64,000 nt of DNA from an uncultured Acidimicrobiales bacterium (GTDB lineage: Bacteria > Actinomycetota > Acidimicrobiia > Acidimicrobiales > SZUA-35). The stretch lies in the NCBI GenBank assembly GCA_937958015.1, contig CALGOA010000050.1, forward strand, positions 221-64,220. The letters are read 5' to 3'. Below, one piece after another: positions 1 through 10,732 of the stretch. The stretch's first letter is position 1; each line of letters starts with the position of its first letter. Made by a program: the position numbers and the translations under genes. Under the pieces are notes generated by a model. The model made no database searches. It worked only from the letters and a program-made list of their open reading frames with translations, and was not told where the DNA came from.

Positions 1-2
1 CC

Positions 3-3000
3 GACCACCTAGCGTTGATGAGTCCCGGTGACCCCGTTGGGGAGTTCGGTTTCAGCTTCAATGTCGTCACGAACACCGAGCCGACACAGGTACAGGGATC
101 GATCTACCAGTTCGTGGCCAACGCCAATGGCGAGAACGGTCCCAACGCAATGCGGTTCGTACCGGCCGTCGCAACGAACGCGACCGGTGCCGGCGCCAAC
201 TGGTGGCGGGTGAACGGCACCACCGATCTCGTCGTCTCCGATGCTCTCACGGCTATCGACGGCACCGTCTTCGACCCGGCCGGAAACGTCACCGACTCCA
301 ATCCGGGCAAGCTTTCGGCAAATGCCGGCGCAACGGTGGGAACCCGAGGAGCCACGCTCACGGGCGTCGATCGACCGGAATTGCAGCTCGATGGTCGGAT
401 CATCTTCGAGGGGGCGAGTGGACTCACACCGTTCCAATCGGAGGTCCGAGATGTCCACGTGGGGTCGGGCGTCGGCTCGCCGAGCGTCGAGGTCAACGGC
501 ATCTCGGGCGGGACCATCCCCGAGATCGTTGTGTCCGGTGTGGTGACCGGCACCGTAGATCCCACCTCGATCGCAGGCAGTGCAGTCACCCGCTTCGCGG
601 CGGTGTCGATTGATTGGAGCCCGGCGTCCCGGATCGAGAACAGTTTCTTGGGCCCGGTGACCGATAACCTGATCATCGTCAACGAGAGCCCCGCCGTCAC
701 CCTTACCAACACCGAACTGGCCGGTGCGGGACTTGATGGGTTCAACGCCAACCCTGGATCCGAGGGAATGGTGGTGACCGGCAACCTCCTGTCGGCAGTC
801 GATGACTACTGCATCGACTCTTTTCAGGATGGGCTAACGGTGTCGGACAACACTTTTGCAAACTGCGGCGATGGGGCGGGTCAGTCGGGCGGTATTCGGG
901 TGGGCGACGGCAACGCAACCATCCGCTTCAATCGGTTCGAGAACAATGATGGTCCTGGAATTATCGTTGCCGGTGAGAACAACTCAATGGGTCGCGATCG
1001 AGGGCTTGCGCTGATCTCACAGAACGAGTTCCTCGGAAACACCGGGATTTCGATCGATCTCGCTGATGCGACCAACGACAACCTTGCCAACGGCGACGGA
1101 ATCACCGAGAACAACGGCGCGCTGAACGTATCGAGCGGAAACCTGTCCCAGGAGTATCCCGTCATCACCGACGTCGTCGATGCCGGGGGCGGAACCGTCG
1201 ACGTCATCGGCACCGCGTGCGGCAGCTGTGTGGTCGAGATCTATCGATCCGAGTCCGGGGCCGGCGATACCAATCCAGCGACGCTGGTTGCTCACGGCGA
1301 AGGTGCCGAGTTCCTGGGGTCGGGGCCGGTGGATGGCAGTGCAGTGTTCTCGATCAACATTCCTGCAACCGGTCTGACCCAGATCACCGCGACCGCCACC
1401 GGCAGCGGACTCACTAGCGAGTTCGCCCCCAACTATCCACTTCGAAACCTGAGCGGCCGGGTCCTGCTGGACCCGAACAGCGACGCTGACCTCAGTGACG
1501 GCACACCGATAGCTGGCGTGACGGTGCGGGTCTATCGCGACGTCGCCACCTCGGGTGGTCTCGAAGTCCCAACCGGAGCCGACACACTCGAAGCAACGTT
1601 GACCACCGATGCCACCGGCCGGTGGAGTTATCCCGACGCCCTGTCCGGCTTCTACTGGGTATCGGTGGACTCTCGCACGATCGCACCCACCACCCTCAAC
1701 GGCGGTTCGTTGGCAACCGATGCCTGGGCCGAACAAACCGCTGGTCCCGCAGGCAGTCTCCGAACGACGCCAACAGGCACGGAAGCGACGACGGTCGATG
1801 GTCCCGTAATGGGAGGGCGTTCGATTCAGTCCGACTTCCCAGCAGACCCGACGACAGCGGAACACATCCTCAGGATCGATGCGGATTCGCCCCGGATCGA
1901 TCTCGATACCGGGTTCTCGTTCAACCTCGTCACTGAATACGACGGTGGCGGACTGGCGGACCTCGCCCCCGGAGAAGGACGAACCGAGCAGGGGTCGGTT
2001 CGTCAGTTCATTCAGAACGCAAACGCCATCGCTGGACCCAACCAGATGCGCTTCATACCCACCAGTTCGCCGAACTCGTCGGGTGGACCCCACCAGTGGT
2101 GGACCCTCTTCGTTTTCAACAGCCTTCCGGCGATTGTCGACGCGGACACGGTGATCGACGGGCAGGCATTTCGATACGACCTTCCCGCTGCCACGTTCGA
2201 TGCGACCGCCAGTCCGATCCGCGCTGCCACGACTGTCGGAGCGAACGGTCAGCCGCTCGATTCTGTGGATATCCCGGAACTGCAGCTCTGGGGCGATCGC
2301 TCCACCAACCCGAACATGGACGGCCTGCGTATGCGGGCTCCAGCGGGAACCGTGCGAAACCTCGGCATGATCGGCTTTCGCCATGGCGTGGAAGTCGGTT
2401 TCGGTGCCGGTGACACCACTTCGAGTGCAACGATCTCGGACAACGCGTTCGGCGTCGACTTCGCGAACGGCGGTGACCCCGGTGCCTCAAATCGGCTCGA
2501 TCGGGGCGTCGTCATCAACGGTGGTGTCTCCTCGTCGGTGTCGGGCAACGTTGTGGCTTTCACGGCGAATAGCGGCGTCTCGATCGGCAGTGGTGCGTCG
2601 AACTTCGTGGTGAGCTCGAACTTCATCGAGCAAACCAGCCTGGCGTCGGTTGTCAATGACGGCATCATCGTTTCGGAGGACTCATCCGGGTCGATTGACG
2701 GAAACGAAATCACCGGCTCCAGGGCTTTCGCTATCGACCTGTTCAGGAACTCCGGGATCGTCACCATCACCAACAACACGCTGGATGGATTCGGCACAGC
2801 TGGCTCAGAGGAGGCTGGCGTCCGCGTCTTTGGCGTGCGTTCGGTCGTCCGAGACAACGTGATCCAGAACGGAGTTGGCTCGGGAGTTGTCGTCGTGGGC
2901 GAACCCTCCGGCAACACCGAACCCAGTCGCCCCGGCCTTGAAATCGACATCGGTGGGAACGTGTACGGGCCGTTGACCGCAGGTGCGAACCTTCCTGCGG

Positions 3001-4919
3001 CAATCGACCTTGCGAGCCCGGCGAGCCCCGAGATCGGTGACGGTCCGACCGCCAACGATGGCGCCGAACCCTGTGGGGTGTCACCTGGATACGGCAACCG
3101 GGGCCCGGACACTCCGACGATCGCAGTGGAGCGATCCGGTTCGAACTGGATCGTGACCGGAACTGCGTGTGCCGACTTCCGGATCGATCTCTACGTGGGT
3201 GACAACGGCACCGGTCTTCCCACGATTCCGGCCGCCGTCACGACCGCCAACGGTGCCGGGATCATCAACGCCACGGTGCCGATCGCAAACCCCGCGGCCC
3301 TCGCAGCGACCCACGCGACGGCCTCGCAGACCAGCCCACTCTTCAATACCTCGGAGTTCGGGGCTCCGGTCCTGATCACTCAGAATCAACCGCCTACGCT
3401 CACCAACCCCGGACCGCAGACCGCAACGGAGAACCTGCCGTTCACGCTGAACCCGGTGGGCTCGGATCCCGACAGTGCGCCGCTGGTCTGGAGTGCGACC
3501 AACATGCCTGCTGGCATGACCATCAATTCCGGCACGGGCCAACTGAACTGGACTCCGGGCGAGACCGACGGCGGAGCTGTCCTGACGATCACCCTCAGCC
3601 TGAGTGCCGGCGGGGACACCGTGCAGGAAACGTTCACCCTCACGGTGATCGAGGACGACCAACCCCCGGTGGTCAATCCGATCCCGGCCGGAACGGCAAC
3701 GGTCGGATCCACGTCAACCCAGCCGGTGTCGGGATCGGACCCGGACACGCCGCCGGTAACCCTGACCTGGTCGTTGGTGGGCGTCGGACCGGATCCGGTG
3801 CCTGCCGGTATGACCATCGATCCGACCAGTGGAACGGTCAGCTACACCCCTCCCGTGGCGGGTACCTTCGCCGTCGAGGTGGTCGCTAGTCAGCCGAACA
3901 GCGTGTCCGGATCCACCGTCTGGAGCGTCACCGCATCCGATCCAATCGTCGTCCCGACCAACTCACCTCCCACCGTCACGCCGGTGCCCGATCAGAATGT
4001 GACCCTCGGCGACCGGGTCGAACTGACCGTCGCCGCCAGCGACCCCGATACTCCGCTCGTCTTCACCTTGCTCGCCGGCCCCCCGGGCATGACGATCGAC
4101 GGCACGGGACGGCTCGTCTGGCCCGATGCCGACCCCGTGGGGGCCCAGAACGTGATCGTCCGGGTGAGCGACAGTGGGTCCCCGTCGCTGTCGACCGATG
4201 TCGCATTCACGATCACGGTGTCGACCCCCACCGTCACCCGCCCAACCCCTACCACCACACCGCCGAGTACCTCTACCAGCACCACCGTCGACACGACCAC
4301 CACCACGGTTGACTCGACAACCATCACGGTTGACTCGACAACCACCACGGTTGACTCGACCACCACCGAGCCGACGTCGACCACGGACGGACCTACCACC
4401 ACGGCGCCGCCGGTGACAACGCCGACGGTGCCGCCCCCCAGTGACCCCGTCGTGACGCCGCCGGCTCTCCCGGTCGATTCCGGAGTGGTGAACACCGTGG
4501 TGCCTCAGCTGCGGCCCCCGATCGAGGAACCGTTCGAGCCGACGATCTCGGTCACCTCGGGAATCGTCGGACTGCTCGAAGCACCCGGTTCGATCGACAT
4601 CCCGCCCGTCACGGTCGGTCTGGCGGGAGCCTGGATCTTCATCCTCGGGGTCCCGCTGGTCCTGTGGGAACGTAAGCGCGCCGTCAGTGTTGTCGCCGGC
4701 ATCGAGGCTGGCGAAAAGCTGCCGGTGTATGCCACCCGCAACAGCAGCTATCCATTCGCCTTCCTGCGGGCCGACGCCAACATGCTCTGGAGCAGCTATC
4801 GCTTCATGGGACTGGGCGAAGGCCTACGCGTAAAGGTGGAGTCGCCGGTCGGTCCGGTTTGGGTGGAACGCAAACACCTCCGACCTCTGCACGAACCGAT
4901 CGCCTCCCGTCACCACTAA
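3..4919 (+). CDS. Giant secreted/membrane-anchored surface protein (right-handed beta-helix repeats, SdrD-B-like domain, 3 putative Ig domains, Thr/Pro linker, C-terminal TM helix); 5'-truncated
   Basis: Frame is open from nt 3 (GAC CAC CTA GCG TTG ATG), so the gene starts upstream of the window. N/G/I-rich beta-helix turns; SdrD-B-like LSGRVLLD...GVTVRVYRD...TTDATGRW; three PxGMTI(D/N) Ig units; TM VTVGLAGAWIFILGVPLVLW followed by ERKR. Confidence 0.8.
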   Translation, partial: DHLALMSPGDPVGEFGFSFNVVTNTEPTQVQGSIYQFVANANGENGPNAMRFVPAVATNATGAGANWWRVNGTTDLVVSDALTAIDGTVFDPAGNVTDSNPGKLSANAGATVGTRGATLTGVDRPELQLDGRIIFEGASGLTPFQSEVRDVHVGSGVGSPSVEVNGISGGTIPEIVVSGVVTGTVDPTSIAGSAVTRFAAVSIDWSPASRIENSFLGPVTDNLIIVNESPAVTLTNTELAGAGLDGFNANPGSEGMVVTGNLLSAVDDYCIDSFQDGLTVSDNTFANCGDGAGQSGGIRVGDGNATIRFNRFENNDGPGIIVAGENNSMGRDRGLALISQNEFLGNTGISIDLADATNDNLANGDGITENNGALNVSSGNLSQEYPVITDVVDAGGGTVDVIGTACGSCVVEIYRSESGAGDTNPATLVAHGEGAEFLGSGPVDGSAVFSINIPATGLTQITATATGSGLTSEFAPNYPLRNLSGRVLLDPNSDADLSDGTPIAGVTVRVYRDVATSGGLEVPTGADTLEATLTTDATGRWSYPDALSGFYWVSVDSRTIAPTTLNGGSLATDAWAEQTAGPAGSLRTTPTGTEATTVDGPVMGGRSIQSDFPADPTTAEHILRIDADSPRIDLDTGFSFNLVTEYDGGGLADLAPGEGRTEQGSVRQFIQNANAIAGPNQMRFIPTSSPNSSGGPHQWWTLFVFNSLPAIVDADTVIDGQAFRYDLPAATFDATASPIRAATTVGANGQPLDSVDIPELQLWGDRSTNPNMDGLRMRAPAGTVRNLGMIGFRHGVEVGFGAGDTTSSATISDNAFGVDFANGGDPGASNRLDRGVVINGGVSSSVSGNVVAFTANSGVSIGSGASNFVVSSNFIEQTSLASVVNDGIIVSEDSSGSIDGNEITGSRAFAIDLFRNSGIVTITNNTLDGFGTAGSEEAGVRVFGVRSVVRDNVIQNGVGSGVVVVGEPSGNTEPSRPGLEIDIGGNVYGPLTAGANLPAAIDLASPASPEIGDGPTANDGAEPCGVSPGYGNRGPDTPTIAVERSGSNWIVTGTACADFRIDLYVGDNGTGLPTIPAAVTTANGAGIINATVPIANPAALAATHATASQTSPLFNTSEFGAPVLITQNQPPTLTNPGPQTATENLPFTLNPVGSDPDSAPLVWSATNMPAGMTINSGTGQLNWTPGETDGGAVLTITLSLSAGGDTVQETFTLTVIEDDQPPVVNPIPAGTATVGSTSTQPVSGSDPDTPPVTLTWSLVGVGPDPVPAGMTIDPTSGTVSYTPPVAGTFAVEVVASQPNSVSGSTVWSVTASDPIVVPTNSPPTVTPVPDQNVTLGDRVELTVAASDPDTPLVFTLLAGPPGMTIDGTGRLVWPDADPVGAQNVIVRVSDSGSPSLSTDVAFTITVSTPTVTRPTPTTTPPSTSTSTTVDTTTTTVDSTTITVDSTTTTVDSTTTEPTSTTDGPTTTAPPVTTPTVPPPSDPVVTPPALPVDSGVVNTVVPQLRPPIEEPFEPTISVTSGIVGLLEAPGSIDIPPVTVGLAGAWIFILGVPLVLWERKRAVSVVAGIEAGEKLPVYATRNSSYPFAFLRADANMLWSSYRFMGLGEGLRVKVESPVGPVWVERKHLRPLHEPIASRHH
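4299..4361 (+). repeat. 3 x 21-bp in-frame tandem repeat (TTTVDST) in the Thr-rich stalk
   Basis: accaccacggttgactcgaca / accatcacggttgactcgaca / accaccacggttgactcgacc. Confidence 0.9.
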
Positions 4920-4927
4920 CCGCAGCT

Positions 4928-6502
4928 CTACGTGAGGGCGGCGACGAGATCCGGCGTCTTCTGGTCGGCTCGACGACCCGCCCGTTCGGTTGTCACGACG
5001 AAGAAGATGAATCCGTAGATCGGTGCCGCGACCACCATCAGGATCTGAGCCCACAGTTCGGTCCGGGCGTAGGCGAGACCCAGCAGGATCGGACCGGCCG
5101 TGAGCAAGCCGACGAAGGCACCACCGAAGGTGAAGATGCCGCTGACACATCCCTGGCCCATGTCGCCTGAGGCGAATGGGTTGGGGTTGGTTTCGTCGGG
5201 CAGCAGTACCGGAGCCAGGGTGGAGGTGAACGCACCGGTTCCCGATCCGGCGAACCCCATGCCGATGCTGGCGGCAAGGGCGGCCGGTGCGAACCGCCAT
5301 CCGCCGGTCCAGATCGAGGTCCCCAGAATGACGATGGTTGACGCACCGACCCCGAGGAGGAAGAACGCGATCGCCCGGCCTCGAAGGATGGTCTTCATCG
5401 TGTCGATCGCCAGAACCTCACCCCACAGAGCTCGCCCATCGGCACCGAGCAGATTGGATGAGGTGATTCCCGCGGTCAGGGCAGGGATGCAGCCGAACAG
5501 AACCGATGTGGGATTCCGGTCCAGGATCGCCAGAAGGAACGGCGCGCCGCCGATGATGAGAACTATGAACTGGGAGACGACCTGGACTCGATAGCGCGGA
5601 TGGCGCCGCAGGTACCGAATCTCCTTGGCCAACACCGGTGCGTAGGGGCCGAGCCGGTGCAGCACCATGCCGGCCACACCGGTGGAGTCCATGAAGTGGG
5701 TTCGGCCGATCGAGTCGACGCCGCCTTCGGTTACCTCCGAGAGCGCCCGCTCCAGCGCAGCAATCCAGAACCATGCAACCGCCGCAGCCAGAAGCAGCGT
5801 TAGTGCTGTGGCCCCCATCGCCACGATAAGAGTGGAGCCGTCGCCGTTTCGTTGCATGGCTTCCAGCGCCCACCCGGTCCATCCTCCGGGAAGCCAACGC
5901 GCCACTCGGCCGCCCTGGGTGATGCGTTCGGTAGAGAATCCTGTGAAGAGGATCACCTGGGAGAGGATGCCGATTCCGCCGGCGAACAACCCGGCGAAGA
6001 GCATCACCATGTCGCGGCGATTCCGCTTTCGCAGGAGGTTGCCGATGACGGTTTGGACCCAGCGCGATAGCACCGACGCCAGCAACACCGTGGAGAATGC
6101 CGCCGTCAGTCCCACCAGGATCTGAAGTGGGCCGCCGGTCTTGAACGCCATTGCGAACAGCGGCAGGCCGACGGCGATCGGACCCGGTCCGATCAGATTG
6201 GCCAGCGCCATGCCGGGAGCGAGTTGGCGGGCCGGTACCGGAAACAGTGCCAGGCGGGTGGTGTCGATCGTTTCATCCGATCCGCCGAACAGCAGTGGAC
6301 CGAAGGACCATGCGATCAGCAGCAGTGCTCCCATCAGAGGCAACAGCCCTGGTTGCACCCGATCGGCTCCTACCAGTCCGATGGTGACCATCGACGAAAA
6401 CAGCAGGGCGAGGATGCTGAAGAGCACGAACGCAAGCGCCCCGTCGGTCTTGAAAACGTTGCGTAGAAGTCGCAGGCGCAACGTCACAAAGATCGCGATC
6501 AT
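4928..6502 (-). CDS. ABC-2 type transporter permease (multi-TM)
   Basis: Many hydrophobic helices, KEIRYLRR motif, immediately downstream of an ABC ATPase. Confidence 0.8.
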   Translation of the reverse strand: MIAIFVTLRLRLLRNVFKTDGALAFVLFSILALLFSSMVTIGLVGADRVQPGLLPLMGALLLIAWSFGPLLFGGSDETIDTTRLALFPVPARQLAPGMALANLIGPGPIAVGLPLFAMAFKTGGPLQILVGLTAAFSTVLLASVLSRWVQTVIGNLLRKRNRRDMVMLFAGLFAGGIGILSQVILFTGFSTERITQGGRVARWLPGGWTGWALEAMQRNGDGSTLIVAMGATALTLLLAAAVAWFWIAALERALSEVTEGGVDSIGRTHFMDSTGVAGMVLHRLGPYAPVLAKEIRYLRRHPRYRVQVVSQFIVLIIGGAPFLLAILDRNPTSVLFGCIPALTAGITSSNLLGADGRALWGEVLAIDTMKTILRGRAIAFFLLGVGASTIVILGTSIWTGGWRFAPAALAASIGMGFAGSGTGAFTSTLAPVLLPDETNPNPFASGDMGQGCVSGIFTFGGAFVGLLTAGPILLGLAYARTELWAQILMVVAAPIYGFIFFVVTTERAGRRADQKTPDLVAALT

Positions 6503-6523
6503 GGCCGCTCCGCAGGCACTGTT

Positions 6524-7329
<806 letters not shown>

Positions 7330-7333
<4 letters not shown>

Positions 7334-8418
7334 GAATCCATCAGAGCCGCATAGCCGGGTTTGATGACGTTGTTGATCAGGTCGAGTCGCTCCTGGAATG
7401 GCCAGAAGCTGCTCTTCATCGCATTCACGGTGAGCCACTGCATGTCGCTGAGATCCCAATCGAAGGAGCGGCAGGACTTTTCGAACTCGTCGGTCATGCT
7501 TACGTCGCTCATCAGACGATTGTCGGTGTTCATCGTGACCCGGTACCTCAGCTCTCGCAGCAGTTTGATCGGGTGGCTCTCGTAGGTGTCGGCAGCCCCG
7601 GTGTTCACGTTCGAAGTGGGACACATCTCCAACGGGATTCGGCGATCCCGCACGTAGGCGGCCAGGCGCCCCAGAACCGGTTCGCCCTCCGAGTCGAAGG
7701 TGATGTCGTCGATGATGCGGACGCCATGGCCCAACCGTTCGGCCCCGCAGTACTGCAGCGCCTCATGGATGCTGGGAAGGCCAAACGCCTCGCCGGCATG
7801 GATCGTGATGTGGAAATTCTCCCGCATGATCAGCTGGAAGGCGTCGAGATGGATGGTGGGTGGAAACCCTGCCTCCGCGCCAGCGATGTCGAATCCGACC
7901 ACACCCTGGTCGCGGTACTTCACGGCCAATTTGGCGATCTCGAGGCTGCGGGCTGCGGTTCGCATGGCTGTAACGAGGGTGCCGATGATGATGGGCTGCC
8001 CCGCCCGGGCGGCGTTCGCCATGCCGGTCCGGAACCCTGCCAGCACGGACTCGACGACCTCGTCGAGAGAGAGGCCCTTCTCGGTGTGGAGTTCGGGGGC
8101 AAATCGGATCTCGGCGTAGACGACACCATCGGCGGCGAGATCTTCGGCAGCCTCGGCTGCGGCCCGGGCCAACCCTTCGGGGGTCTGGGTGACTCCAACC
8201 GTGTGGGCGAAGGTTTCGAGGTAGAGCTCGAGGTTTCGTCGGTCGGCACCGCGGGTGAACCAGGAGGCCAGTTCGTCGGGGTTGTGGGTGGGGAGTTCGC
8301 TGTAACCCTGCTCGGCAGCCAACTCGATGACCGTCAGCGGCCGCATGCCCCCGTCGAGGTGATCGTGGAGCAACACTTTGGGGGCCTTGAGGATCTGTTC
8401 TCGGGTGGGCGTCTCCAT
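7330..8418 (-). CDS. add: Adenosine deaminase
   Basis: PKVLLHDHLDG, GFDIAGAE, TIHAGE, RLGHG, EMCPTSN, NTDN motifs. Confidence 0.93.
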
Positions 8419-8468
8419 TGAGCAACGGTACCGGCTGAGCGCTGACTAACTCAGTACCCTCGGACGTC

Positions 8469-9176
8469 ATGAGTGGCACGGATCGATCGTTCGACCCCGA
8501 GCAGATCGATGTGATCGCATTCGACGGCGACGACACGTTGTGGCTGTCGGAGAGCTTCTTTGTCCTCACCCAGCAGCGATTCGATGCGCTGCTCTCACCG
8601 TGGTGCGCCCCCGAGGAGACCGCCGAGCGGTTGATCGAACGGGAACGCAGCAATCTCGAGTTCTTCGGGTATGGCGTGAAGGGTTTTGCGCTGTCGATGA
8701 TCGAGACCGCCATCGAGGCGTCCGAGGGTGCGATTCCCAGTGCGGCGCTGGGCGAGATCGTGGAATGGGCCCGGGAGATGATGGACCATCCGGTGGAGCT
8801 ACTCCCCGGTGTTACCGAAACCCTCGACGGCATCGGTGATCGCTTTCGCACGATCATCGTGACCAAGGGTGATCTGTTCCATCAGGAGTCCAAGGTGGCC
8901 GCATCGGGAATCGCCGACCGCTTCGAGTCGGTGCACATCGTGAGCGAGAAGGACCCCGCCACCTACGCACGGGTGGTCGCTGAGGTGGGGATTCCCGCTG
9001 AGCGATTCCTGATGGTTGGCAACTCAACCCGGTCCGATATCGAACCGGTCCTGCAGATCGGCGGCCATGCCATTCACGTTCCCCACGATCTCACCTGGGC
9101 GTTGGAGCACGCGGACGCCGAACTCGACGTTCCTGTCCTGGGCAATCTGGTGGAGCTTCTCGACCTGCTGGTCTAA
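8469..9176 (+). CDS. HAD-family hydrolase
   Basis: FDGDDTLW motif I, TKGD, EK, GNS..SD motif IV. Confidence 0.88.
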   Translation: MSGTDRSFDPEQIDVIAFDGDDTLWLSESFFVLTQQRFDALLSPWCAPEETAERLIERERSNLEFFGYGVKGFALSMIETAIEASEGAIPSAALGEIVEWAREMMDHPVELLPGVTETLDGIGDRFRTIIVTKGDLFHQESKVAASGIADRFESVHIVSEKDPATYARVVAEVGIPAERFLMVGNSTRSDIEPVLQIGGHAIHVPHDLTWALEHADAELDVPVLGNLVELLDLLV

Positions 9177-9193
9177 CCCATGAGCCCCAACAC

Positions 9194-9730
9194 CTACGTA
9201 ACGCCCAACCGGGCTGCGGCTCGATCGGCAGCGTCGGGTCCTGCGAGCTGGCGAACCAGTAGGAGGCCGTCCATCAACGCAATGGCCGTTTCGGCCTCGA
9301 CCCGCTTGTTCTGAGGCGTGCCGACGACGAACGTGGCCAGCCATTCGATCCATCCCTCGACCAGGTTTGGGACGAGCGAGCGATACGGTTCGGTCCCGCT
9401 GGCGGCAAGGCCGTTCGCTTCGAAGAACAGTGCAAATGCTCCGTCGGCTTCGTCCGAAGCCAGCAGCGGCCATGCCCGGCGCAGTAACTCCAGGTAGTCA
9501 TTAGCCGGCGTAGAGAACGCATCGCTCAACGTCTCTTGAAGGCCGCCCCCCAGAGCGATGATCACCTCGCTGATCAGGTCGATCTTGGTGGGAAAGTAGT
9601 ACACGATGACCCGGTCGCTTATCCCCAACCGTTTGGCCAGCCGTCCGAACGTGAGCTGGCTCAAACCGTTGTCGAACGCGGCCTCGAGGGCCCCTTGCAG
9701 GATCTCCGCCTTGGTGTGCTTGTGGCCCAC
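9194..9730 (-). CDS. TetR/AcrR family transcriptional regulator
   Basis: N-terminal HTH (LTFGRLAKRLGISDRVIVYYFPTK); TACAAT-N6-GTG leaderless start. Confidence 0.9.
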   Translation of the reverse strand: MGHKHTKAEILQGALEAAFDNGLSQLTFGRLAKRLGISDRVIVYYFPTKIDLISEVIIALGGGLQETLSDAFSTPANDYLELLRRAWPLLASDEADGAFALFFEANGLAASGTEPYRSLVPNLVEGWIEWLATFVVGTPQNKRVEAETAIALMDGLLLVRQLAGPDAADRAAARLGVT

Positions 9731-9737
9731 GGGTTGA

Positions 9738-9781
9738 TTGTAGTGATCACAGCGATTATCGTTTCGCAGTGACCACTACAA
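9738..9781. promoter_or_regulatory. Probable TetR operator pair between the divergent tetR and hydrolase genes
   Basis: Inverted repeat ttgtagtgatcacagcga ... tcgcagtgaccactacaa (16/18), overlapping the tetR -10. Confidence 0.7.
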
Positions 9782-9838
9782 ACCTTGGTTGACGGACTGA
9801 TCACGTTTCTCCGACGACCTGACACGGAAGGATCCCCC

Positions 9839-10708
9839 ATGACAGACCTGACCCCCGCCCAAGCATCCGACATGTTCCGACGACCTCCAGACCGTTTGCT
9901 CGACGTTGGCGCCGGTGAAGCCGCGTACCGACGAGTCGGCAGTGGCCCTGACGTCCTGTTCGTCCATGGCTGGCCGGTCAGCGGCGCTACGTTCCGGAAG
10001 CTGCTTCCCTGGCTCGCCGACAAGGTGACCTGCCACGTGATCGACCTGCCATCGGCAGGGTCCAGTCGCTTCGATGAGCACACTACGCTGTCGGTCGATC
10101 AGCACATCACGTCAGTGAAACGAGTGGTGGACATCCTCGGGCTGGAGGATGTCGCCCTCGTTGGACACAACAGCGGAGGCCTGATCGCCCGCCACGCCAT
10201 GGCCGGTGATGAACGGCTTCGGGCGATGGGCTTGATCAATACCGAACCGCTGGAAGTCAGCTGGCGATTCAAGGCCTTCCTGATGGCCCGAAACCTGCCT
10301 GGTTTCGCCGCTGGACTGGGCTGGGTTGCTGGCCAACCGAAAATCCGTCGAAACGGGTTCGTGCTGGGCGACGCATTCGCCGATAGGTCGCTGCTCGACG
10401 GCGAATTCGACGAGTTCTTCCTACGGCCGCTGCATGAGGATCGGGCCAGGTTGCGCGCCGCAGTACGGGTGCTGAAGACTTTTGACCACGAACTCATCGA
10501 GCGGTTCCCGGAGGTTCATCGGAAGATCACCGCGCCGGTTCAGCTGGTATGGGGCGACCAGGATCCGTTCTTCCCGGTGGCCCAGGCCCGTCCGATGGTC
10601 GGTTCCTTTCCCAATGCCAAGCTCGACATCATCCAGGGCGCCGGCCTGTTCTCCCACGAGGAACGACCCGAGGAGGTCGCACGTTCGTTGCTCGCGGCCA
10701 TCGGCTGA
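9839..10708 (+). CDS. Alpha/beta-fold hydrolase (epoxide hydrolase/dehalogenase-like, atypical catalytic residues)
   Basis: HGWP oxyanion motif, GHNSGG elbow, WGDQD; RBS ggaagga before ATG 9839. Confidence 0.85.
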   Translation: MTDLTPAQASDMFRRPPDRLLDVGAGEAAYRRVGSGPDVLFVHGWPVSGATFRKLLPWLADKVTCHVIDLPSAGSSRFDEHTTLSVDQHITSVKRVVDILGLEDVALVGHNSGGLIARHAMAGDERLRAMGLINTEPLEVSWRFKAFLMARNLPGFAAGLGWVAGQPKIRRNGFVLGDAFADRSLLDGEFDEFFLRPLHEDRARLRAAVRVLKTFDHELIERFPEVHRKITAPVQLVWGDQDPFFPVAQARPMVGSFPNAKLDIIQGAGLFSHEERPEEVARSLLAAIG

Positions 10709-10732
10709 CGTCTGACTTCGCGGGCAGAGGCC

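Noticed and set aside
7334-7624. ORF-track N-terminal extension of the ABC ATPase (likewise the long versions of cdd, larE, nfeD, the methyltransferase and ybhB)
   Set aside because: They overlap well-supported neighbouring genes; downstream starts have overlap, RBS or -10 support.
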